From positions 1 to 41,166 of the IMG/VR virus record IMGVR_UViG_3300048574_000468: a stretch of 41,166 bases of DNA; one strand, written 5' to 3'. This document shows, one piece after another, positions 34,211 to 41,166 of this stretch. Origin of the DNA: a virus. Taxonomy: Duplodnaviria; Caudoviricetes. Each line of letters opens with the position of its first letter. The stretch's first letter is position 1. The position numbers were made by a program, and so were the translations under genes. The notes beneath the pieces are model-generated. The model was not told the origin of the DNA, searched no databases, and saw only the letters and a list, made by a program, of their open reading frames with translations.

Positions 34211-34946
34211 TTCTTGTATCTCCGGTATTTGAAGGATTGAAAGAATTGTTGGCCGTCATCGCATCAATCAGCGCCGACCACGACAACGGCAGGGGATCGA
34301 TGATTCCGTACCGGTTCTTGGCCAGCAGCTGATTGGTTTCATTCAAGATCAACTGCCGTCCGGAAGACGCCATGTGGGCAGCCCCGACGAAATCCGACCA
34401 CTCGATCATCGTGTTGACCAAGTCGGGATGGATCTCCGGCGCGGACTTTTCGGTCGTGATGCCGTCGATCGTCGTAATTTCACGCCGCGTGGCATGGGCC
34501 AATAGAATCACGGCGACTCCGGCATTGACCATTCGGTCGAGTGTTGGCAACAGGTATTGGTAGACGTAGTTCTTGAGCACCAACTTGCCGTTGCCATAGC
34601 CGCCCATCGCACGATTGAGTGTCTGCCGCATTCCGATTGCGGAACCATCCACACCCGCAACGTGTTCCTCGGCGCGTCTCAATAACCAATCCGCCGAATC
34701 GATGATAATCGTTCCGTATTGGTGATCGCCCGTTGTAAGAGCATCCAGCCACTGTTGGATCGCCGGCCAATCCGGCAGGTATGGCGTGCGATCGCAAGAG
34801 ACATGTGATGCGCCGTTCTCCGTGTCGATGATCAGTCCACCCGAGCCTGCGCCGAAGGTTGTCTTGCCGATGCCCGGCGGGCCGTAAACGATGCCCTTCG
34901 GGGCACGCTGGTTGATTTGGTTGAGTATGGGGGCAGGCAACGTCAT
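34203..34946 (-). CDS. AAA_24 / Sak4-like ATPase
   Basis: YGPPGIGKTT, IDTENG, IIIDSADWL, LLAH, EWSD, AKNRYG. Confidence 0.88.
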   Translation of the reverse strand: MTLPAPILNQINQRAPKGIVYGPPGIGKTTFGAGSGGLIIDTENGASHVSCDRTPYLPDWPAIQQWLDALTTGDHQYGTIIIDSADWLLRRAEEHVAGVDGSAIGMRQTLNRAMGGYGNGKLVLKNYVYQYLLPTLDRMVNAGVAVILLAHATRREITTIDGITTEKSAPEIHPDLVNTMIEWSDFVGAAHMASSGRQLILNETNQLLAKNRYGIIDPLPLSWSALIDAMTANNSFNPSNTGDTRNV

Positions 34947-34991
34947 GACTGGTCCTTTCGTTTTACGTTTGTTGCAAAAAAGTATTTTGAT

Positions 34992-35067
34992 CGCCAGGAC
35001 GTGCGGACGGGGGTGGCAACCGTCTCGGTTCTATGCCCACACCAAACACGCCCGACACGTCCCGGCG
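34992..35067 (-). other. Long intergenic RNA hairpin
   Basis: Arms 34992-35009 and 35049-35067; both mismatches are G-U on the minus strand; inner aaccg-aga-cggtt stem. Confidence 0.55.
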
Positions 35068-35081
35068 TTTGTTGTCCGTCG

Positions 35082-35915
35082 TTAGACCGCATCGAACAAT
35101 CGCACCTCCTCATAGCCGTTCGGCCATGTGTCGGTGGTGATGCACCGTTTCAGCCGTTCGATTGCAGCCTCGTTTTCCCGCTGTGCTTGAGCGAGGATGT
35201 CTTCATGGACTCGCCATACCCCGCAACGAAATGGCTCCCGTTTTTCGACGCCAATGAAGAAGACCGGCATGATCAGTCCGATCACTTGCTGGAGAACGGC
35301 GCGGTAAAATGCCATTTGATAGGCATAGCCGTAGCGACGCGCATCCGCCTCGAAATAGCCCAGATCGTCGCAGGTTTTCAAATCTGCGATTCCCCGATGG
35401 GGATCGAGCCAGTCTGCACGCATCTGGCATGGCAACCCGCAATACTCGGTCCGAACCACCCCTTCCGGGATGCCTTCGGAAAGCAAGTCAACCGCCATGC
35501 CGTTCGCTCGAACGCCGTCGGCCATGTTTTCGACGAGATCAAACTGCGAGATCGTCAGCACCGGCCGCCCCTGCGCCTCGGCCCATTCCGCAAAGGCCTT
35601 CGTTGTTGCTCCGAAGATTTCGCCCGTCTTCGGATTGACTGGTCCGCCGACGGCATATTCCTTCTCGAATATGTCGCGGCCTTCGAGGACGAGCGTATGG
35701 AGTGCCCGGCCGATAAGAAACGCCGGCCGTTCCTCCTCTTCCATCAGTCCGAGCTTCTTTTTGCGATAGAGCGCCGCGCAGCGGCGAAAATCTCCCAACT
35801 GATGACTGGTGAGATAGTCTTTTGATCTTGCCTGGTACTCGGCAAACGGCTCGCGAATCAAGAACGCGAGGTCGTTGGTTGCGGGACTCTGCGAACTCGG
35901 AAGACAAGCAATCAT
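35082..35915 (-). CDS. PD-(D/E)XK exonuclease (DUF3799 / RecE-like)
   Basis: LTSHQL, GRALHTLVLEG, RADW, DLKT, YAYQMAFY, VEK. Confidence 0.88.
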   Translation of the reverse strand: MIACLPSSQSPATNDLAFLIREPFAEYQARSKDYLTSHQLGDFRRCAALYRKKKLGLMEEEERPAFLIGRALHTLVLEGRDIFEKEYAVGGPVNPKTGEIFGATTKAFAEWAEAQGRPVLTISQFDLVENMADGVRANGMAVDLLSEGIPEGVVRTEYCGLPCQMRADWLDPHRGIADLKTCDDLGYFEADARRYGYAYQMAFYRAVLQQVIGLIMPVFFIGVEKREPFRCGVWRVHEDILAQAQRENEAAIERLKRCITTDTWPNGYEEVRLFDAV

Positions 35916-35959
35916 GGCAATGCTCCGTTGAATGATGAAAACGTTGGCCCTCTATTATT

Positions 35960-35989
35960 GAACTACTGCAAATCGCGACGAAGTGGCGA
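35960..35989 (-). promoter_or_regulatory. 30-bp conserved element, copy A (putative phage-sigma promoter of the replication operon)
   Basis: Minus strand TCGCCACTTCGTCGCGATTTGCAGTAGTTC; 27/30 identical to 39364-39393. Confidence 0.65.
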
Positions 35990-36574
35990 GACTTTCTTGC
36001 GATTTTTTCCAACTACGGTTACAAAGACGTTGCGCAGCAAGAGGATGTGCCCGCGAAGCGTGGTTCGAGGTATTCGCAACTGGCGGGCTACCTCGGCGAG
36101 CGAATCGGTCATCAACCGTTCGCAAAGATGCCGGGTTGGCTCTGGAAGGCCGGAGAGAATGTGTCGAACGTCCATCACGAGATCAAGTTGCGTCGTCGAA
36201 TCCTTCGCATCGCCATTGTGTTTATAGAACGTATTGCCTCTGTCCATGTCATTCGAGTCACGATTGACGCTTGAGGATTCTTGCAACGACGCGAATTGCA
36301 ATTGGCGGCGCCGCCGACGCGTGACCAAGTAGGTGAGGATGAAACGCTCGACCACTGTGACGACAAAGCTGTTCCAGTGTGCCAGCGTCGGATCGAACCG
36401 CGTAAAACGTCGTACGAGATGAAGCTTCAACTCCTGCCCCAGGTCGTCGGCATCCGAGACGGGAATCAAGGCTCGTTCGACAAGTCGGGCGACCCTGTAG
36501 CGAATGAATCGGGCGGCGAAACCTTTGGTCAGTTCGTCGGAGAGATCAATTGGCACAAACATGGCTTTTTCCAT
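35963..36574 (-). CDS. ECF-like RNA polymerase sigma factor
   Basis: Region 2-like DADDLGQEL...RFDP...WNSFV; region 4-like LSGLPE...SLAEVARQLRIPRTTL. Confidence 0.8.
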   Translation of the reverse strand: MEKAMFVPIDLSDELTKGFAARFIRYRVARLVERALIPVSDADDLGQELKLHLVRRFTRFDPTLAHWNSFVVTVVERFILTYLVTRRRRRQLQFASLQESSSVNRDSNDMDRGNTFYKHNGDAKDSTTQLDLVMDVRHILSGLPEPTRHLCERLMTDSLAEVARQLRIPRTTLRGHILLLRNVFVTVVGKNRKKVSPLRRDLQ

Positions 36575-36628
36575 TGCGAATGGGGAGGCTTTTTCGAGGA
36601 CGCCGATGCGTCCCTCTACCTACCGGCG

Positions 36629-36746
36629 TTGATTCACGAAAATCCAATGTGAATCAAAAACACGCAACGCAACTACTTGCGAGCACGTGAGTTGCGGTTT
36701 TGGAAATTCGCTGATTCTGATTCACGAAAATCCGCTAAGTGAATCA
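36629..36746. promoter_or_regulatory. Two palindromic operators TGATTCAC-N11/13-GTGAATCA upstream of the sigma gene
   Basis: 36629-36657 and 36718-36746, both with spacers starting GAAAATCC; CGCAACT...AGTTGCG inverted repeat between them. Confidence 0.75.
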
Positions 36747-36846
36747 AGACCCACCCATCGGCGGCAAGAACGCCAGGCAATATTCCATGCCCAAAGACCA
36801 AGAACTCCACCCGTGGCATGGACGGGCAAAGGAGCATCAGAACGGC

Positions 36847-37794
36847 TCAATTGGCGTGATGAAAATTGCCGCCGAGCATGATGCGATCGAGATCGATCGC
36901 CAGTTTCCAGAGGTGTTGCAGTTCGCGGGCCGTACCGTCGACCAGACACCGATGCACACTCGGTTGACTCACGTCCAACAGACTTGCCAACTGCCGTTCC
37001 GTTGGACGAGGCAGCAGGTCCGGCACGCCTCTTTGACGCTGAGTGGCATAGGCGTGATCGTAAGCCGCTCGAATGTGCTCGACCATCGCCTTCGTCAATT
37101 TGGCCATAAGTGCTGTTCGCTCGGCTCGCTTCGAGGGAATGCGTCCTGTTGATTCTTCGTGACGGACGACTTGACTCTCGACGAGCGACCTGTCAAGGTG
37201 CAACGTGTCGCTCTTCGGAACAATTGTGTCGCGGACCGACAAGACGAAGGGTTTTGGATGATCGTCCGAAAAATCCAGCTTCGGCGTCATGCTCGGCACG
37301 AAGAGGATCCCATACTTGGAAACATGCTGTTGTCGGAGCAACGCCGAACCGTCCTCGTGCGCCAACATGCGGCCAAAGAAAACATTGTGGTGGTGTCCGG
37401 CAAAACAGGCAGTGCCCAATTGCCAAAACCGTTGCGGCGATGTCTCCGTGACTCGCCCGCGGCACTGGAGTTCTTGCGAAATGACCTCCACCAACCTGCC
37501 AAGATCAACCTCCCAGCGGCGCAATCGATCCGTGTCGATCGGACGGGGACCATACGTTGGACACCGAAGGTAAGCACATGTGCCTTCCTTTCCATCGATG
37601 GTGCGTATTTCCGCAAGGTGCCAGCGATGGCAGTTCGAGCATGGCAGGGCTTTGGCTGGGGTTGTCGGACGCAAGAGACCGCAGTCAATCCAAGGTTCAA
37701 GAAATTCTGGCGGCCAATGATAGACTTCGTCCGCAAAAAACAACGGTGGCGCACATTCTGCCCGTTCCAGAATCGTCGTTAATGCGTCAAGCAA
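36847..37794 (-). CDS. Hypothetical regulator with Zn-binding motif and C-terminal HTH
   Basis: GGAGG then TTG start; CSNC...CPTYG; PTERQLASLLDVSQPSVHRCL. Confidence 0.7.
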   Translation of the reverse strand: MLDALTTILERAECAPPLFFADEVYHWPPEFLEPWIDCGLLRPTTPAKALPCSNCHRWHLAEIRTIDGKEGTCAYLRCPTYGPRPIDTDRLRRWEVDLGRLVEVISQELQCRGRVTETSPQRFWQLGTACFAGHHHNVFFGRMLAHEDGSALLRQQHVSKYGILFVPSMTPKLDFSDDHPKPFVLSVRDTIVPKSDTLHLDRSLVESQVVRHEESTGRIPSKRAERTALMAKLTKAMVEHIRAAYDHAYATQRQRGVPDLLPRPTERQLASLLDVSQPSVHRCLVDGTARELQHLWKLAIDLDRIMLGGNFHHAN

Positions 37795-38932
37795 CGGCGA
37801 TCCTCCATATTCGCAGGTATTTTCGCGCAACAGCTACCCCATCGCAACCCAGACTGCGCAACGTGCAAAGGTCTGGAGAACACACATCGAAAGTCAGGGA
37901 CTGTGGTGTATGGCCGTGAATCGCGGCAAACTCGAAGCAGAGCTCGGCTTCCGTCACGTCCAACACTGACAAAGGCAAGTGTCGACGCTCGACGCATTCG
38001 GACAACATCGGATAAATGCCTTCGCGAAAGTGGTCTGGATCCACCGCCAAAAGAATGCTTTCCTGGCTATTGAGGACAACCAGTTGCATTCGACTTACGC
38101 TTGCATCCACGCGATCTTCAGGTTCCGTCACGAGTCGAAACGGCCCAGCTTTCAGCACATTCAAGTCATATGCCGGCCGTATGGCCGACGCCGATGCATT
38201 ATAGTCAAGCACAATGCGGCAAAACGTGTTGATCAATTGCAATTCCAAGGTCGCAGGAACATCGGCGCATGTCTCCAAAACACCTTCCGTTCGATCGTAG
38301 ATGAACAGGAGCTCCAATATGGGGCGAAGGTGGTGTGCCACCAAATCACCGTTGGCGTCGTGAATCAGCATTGTTTGCCAGTTGCCGTCGGGATATGCCG
38401 CAAACCCATCCGTCCCGTCCGGCCGGCGCATGTATTCCACCGAGCAAGATCCGCAAGGGGATCGTTGATTTGCCAAGAGACTCGCAATCGCCCTTCCAAG
38501 TTGCAACAAGACATAGTTCGTAACTTTGGGAGCAATCTTCGGAAGGCCGATGCGTCGCCGCCATCGCAAAAGACATTCCGGTGGATGCAGGATCGTGGCC
38601 AACTCGAAGATCTCGGGATGTTCGATCCAGACAAGCATTGCGGTACAAAGAGGCCCATCGGCGAGATGCATGTCGCGTCCGCCCGCCTCGCGCAAGGCGG
38701 CAATGCCGCTATCGCACGCCAAATCCGAGATCTGCAAAAGCGTGTTCTTGATCGCCATCTGTTCGGCGATGCCCATTCTCGAAATCGCCGCGATGATTGG
38801 GAGAACATCGCCGGATGACAGGTTCTGCCAATTCACTGCGCATGGATCAAGCCCCATTTTCTGGAAGAATCGCAGAAGCACCGGCAGGGGAACCAGTCGC
38901 AGGATGGCGGGAATCGAGAAGAATCGATTCAT
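37787..38932 (-). CDS. Conserved-looking prophage hypothetical protein
   Basis: 381 aa from MNRFFSIP; overlaps the start of the HTH gene. Confidence 0.65.
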   Translation of the reverse strand: MNRFFSIPAILRLVPLPVLLRFFQKMGLDPCAVNWQNLSSGDVLPIIAAISRMGIAEQMAIKNTLLQISDLACDSGIAALREAGGRDMHLADGPLCTAMLVWIEHPEIFELATILHPPECLLRWRRRIGLPKIAPKVTNYVLLQLGRAIASLLANQRSPCGSCSVEYMRRPDGTDGFAAYPDGNWQTMLIHDANGDLVAHHLRPILELLFIYDRTEGVLETCADVPATLELQLINTFCRIVLDYNASASAIRPAYDLNVLKAGPFRLVTEPEDRVDASVSRMQLVVLNSQESILLAVDPDHFREGIYPMLSECVERRHLPLSVLDVTEAELCFEFAAIHGHTPQSLTFDVCSPDLCTLRSLGCDGVAVARKYLRIWRIAVA

Positions 38933-39363
38933 GGTGGTTGCCTTACATCGATGGCTGCAAGGAAACCTCCGTGCCCAAAAACGCCGAAGCATCCTGATCT
39001 TCTTCGGCAGTTGGATTCTTTCTTGACGCGATGCCTGGACGGACGCCAATCACCATCGCAGCGCTCTTTTTCGATGGCGGTTTGTTGGGACGCGTCATGG
39101 TGATGGTGGCGACATAGCCTGTTTCGCGAAGTGATTCATGACATCGCCACAACAACACCAGCCCCAAGCAATAACAAAAGCGTTGTCGTTCGCTCGTCGG
39201 TGCCCAGCAAGAGACGCTCCGGTGGAGTGACGAGCAGCGAGAACGCTTTTGATGCTATCACATTTTGACAAATTGGCAAACAAATTCTTGCGAAAAACCT
39301 ACCAACACAAATGAACCGTGTTTTCGTGAGGCCGAATGATTGCGAAATAAATTTGAAAAACGT

Positions 39364-39393
39364 TCGTCACTTCATCGTGATTTGCAGTAGTTC
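39364..39393 (+). promoter_or_regulatory. 30-bp conserved element, copy B (putative phage-sigma promoter of xis-int)
   Basis: TCGTCACTTCATCGTGATTTGCAGTAGTTC; inverted relative to copy A. Confidence 0.65.
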
Positions 39394-39550
39394 CTTATTA
39401 GGGAGACATTGCGCGGCATACCGCATGCTTGTCATCGGTCGCCACGCATTGCGCTATGCTATGTCCATAGACATATCCCTAGCACTATGTTCATCCTTAT
39501 TGCGCATGGGGTGGAGCAATGCTCTGTACGGTTTCAGCACAAGGAGCCAG

Positions 39551-39802
39551 ATGATGGATGGATCACCGGAGGAGCCCAACAGTGTTACGAGTTTCGATAC
39601 GTCGGCACTGTTGTTGACGGCATCCGAGGCGGCATCGCTTTGCCACGTCGCGCCCCGAACTTGGCGGACATGGCATGCAACCGGCAAAATCCCGCCGCCG
39701 ATTCACATCGGCCGGAAGCCCTTATGGCGACCTGATGATTTAAGGGCGTGGATTGCCGCCAGCTGTCCGGATCGCGAGACCTGGGCCGTCATGCGAGACT
39801 AA
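39551..39802 (+). CDS. AlpA/Xis-family excisionase
   Basis: AAGGAG RBS; LLTASEAASLCHVAPRTWRTW...GKIPPPIHIGRKPLWR...LRAWI; upstream of the integrase. Confidence 0.85.
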   Translation: MMDGSPEEPNSVTSFDTSALLLTASEAASLCHVAPRTWRTWHATGKIPPPIHIGRKPLWRPDDLRAWIAASCPDRETWAVMRD

Positions 39803-39915
39803 AATTATCCTGGCGAAAACTCCAAGAAGCATCAAGTATTCGCTTGAGGTTTCGCACAACTGAGCCACAATGCCACTGTTTCGACAACCGAATCTCGAAA
39901 GGCGGAGGGCCAACG

Positions 39916-41166
39916 ATGGCAAGCCTTTACAAAAAACCGGTGATGGTCACCGACGGAGCCAGCGGCCAACGTGTCAAAACAAAATCTCGCAAGTGGTGGG
40001 GGCAGTACAAAGATGCCCTCGGGCGATTGAAACGTGTGCCGCTGGCTGTGGACAAAATGGCCGCCGAGGCCATGCTCAATGCGATCGTGCGAAAGGTGGA
40101 ACGCGAACGCGCTGGCTTGATAGACCCCGTGGAAGAGCAGCAAAAACGGCCGCTTTTTCAGCATGTCGCGGAGTTCAAGGGCTTTTTGACGAACAAAGGC
40201 CTGTCGGCCAGACGTGTCTTCGAGACCACTCGCAAGATCGAGCGTGCGATCAGCGATCGCAAATGGAAATTCCTGCGAGACATCGACGCGGTTTCGACGT
40301 TGGAGTTCTTGGGCCAACTTCGCCGCGATGGACTGAGTGCCCAGACCTACAACCACTACCTGACAACGCTCAAGCAGTTCACCCGTTGGCTCGCCCGAGA
40401 GCGGCGGATGTCGTTCGATCCACTGGCTCATCTTTCGCGGGTGAATGTTCGGACCGACCGTCGCCACGATCGCAGGGCGCTTTCGGCCGAAGAGTTCCGA
40501 CGCTTGATCGATGCCGCCAGGAACGGTCCGAGAGTCGAAGGCATCTCCGGCCCCGATCGCGCCATGCTGTACATCTTGGCCTCCTGGACTGGTTTTCGGA
40601 AGGGGGAGATCGGGAGCCTGACGATCCGGTCACTGCAATTGGATGGCGATCCGCCCACGGCCACCATCGCGGCGAGCTACAGCAAGCACAGGCGACGCGA
40701 CACGCAGGTGTTGCATCCCGAACTGGTCTCGCAACTCAAGGATTGGTTGGCCACGAAGAACATGAAGCTCGACAGACCGTTGTTCCCCATTTCCGGCCGA
40801 GTGCCCGGCGGCGTCGAACGGAAGACCAGCAAGATGATCCAATGCGACCTGAAGGCGGCTCGTGAGACGTGGTGGGAAGAAAGCAAGGATTCCGACGAGT
40901 GCTGGCAGCGGATCCAATCCGACTTCCTGCGATACTGCAACCGAGAGGGGCTGTATGCGGATTTTCACTCGCAACGGCATCGTTTCATCACAAATCTCGA
41001 GCGGGCCGGCGTCTCCGTGAAGATGGCTCAGACGCTGGCGAGGCACTCCGATGTTCGTTTGACTCTGGGGGTGTATACGCATGTCGAGTTGGACGACCAG
41101 ACTGCGGCGATCGGGGTGTTGCCGGGACCGCCGGGAGTGCGCACGATGGAGGCAACGGAAGTCTGA
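39916..41166 (+). CDS. Tyrosine recombinase / phage integrase
   Basis: GGAGG RBS; TGFRKGE (Arg), SK, DFHSQRH (HxxR), ARHSD, VYTH (Tyr). Confidence 0.93.
   Translation: MASLYKKPVMVTDGASGQRVKTKSRKWWGQYKDALGRLKRVPLAVDKMAAEAMLNAIVRKVERERAGLIDPVEEQQKRPLFQHVAEFKGFLTNKGLSARRVFETTRKIERAISDRKWKFLRDIDAVSTLEFLGQLRRDGLSAQTYNHYLTTLKQFTRWLARERRMSFDPLAHLSRVNVRTDRRHDRRALSAEEFRRLIDAARNGPRVEGISGPDRAMLYILASWTGFRKGEIGSLTIRSLQLDGDPPTATIAASYSKHRRRDTQVLHPELVSQLKDWLATKNMKLDRPLFPISGRVPGGVERKTSKMIQCDLKAARETWWEESKDSDECWQRIQSDFLRYCNREGLYADFHSQRHRFITNLERAGVSVKMAQTLARHSDVRLTLGVYTHVELDDQTAAIGVLPGPPGVRTMEATEV

Larger units (their letters stand above)
1..41166. mobile_element. Temperate siphovirus-like prophage (integrase to tape measure; incomplete at left edge, att site not visible)
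   Basis: Contiguous syntenic modules: int/xis, replication, HNH, methylases, terminase, portal, capsid, tail tube, chaperone, tape measure; no host housekeeping genes seen. Confidence 0.95.

Noticed and set aside
35960-39393. Invertible segment or transposon bounded by the 30-bp inverted repeats
   Set aside because: No invertase or transposase inside and no obvious target duplication; both copies sit where promoters are needed. Not fully excluded.

Overview
The whole window is one temperate siphovirus-type prophage with a lambda-like head module, read from the tape-measure gene (left edge; tail-tip genes lie outside the window) to a tyrosine integrase whose stop codon is the last codon of the window. 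Protein styles suggest a Planctomycetota host (inference, not verified). In the direction of most transcription (minus strand) the order is: two regulatory hypotheticals, an ECF-like sigma factor, recombination/replication genes (DUF3799-type exonuclease, AAA_24 ATPase, DUF669, resolvase, two ParB-like proteins, SF2 helicase, primase-polymerase, iteron origin), HNH and a cos-like site, a non-canonical putative lysis module, two DNA methyltransferases, terminase, portal, protease-capsid fusion, head accessories and tail. Excisionase and integrase are transcribed divergently, and three plus-strand accessory islets (mostly toxin-antitoxin) interrupt the operon. The most notable observations are: (1) no classical endolysin in the window, but a cassette of a permuted papain-like amidase, an exported membrane-anchored thioredoxin-trypsin fusion and two membrane proteins; (2) no recognisable CI repressor, but a possible sigma-factor switch with two outward-facing 30-bp promoter-like repeats and a double palindromic operator; (3) a C5 methyltransferase with a nested alternative-frame M.EcoHK31I-beta-like polypeptide; (4) a three-way-junction RNA leader ahead of the head genes; (5) a -1 frameshift site in the tail chaperone; (6) 7- and 10-bp periodic repeat elements at gene junctions. 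All family calls come from motif recognition by eye; no database search was run.
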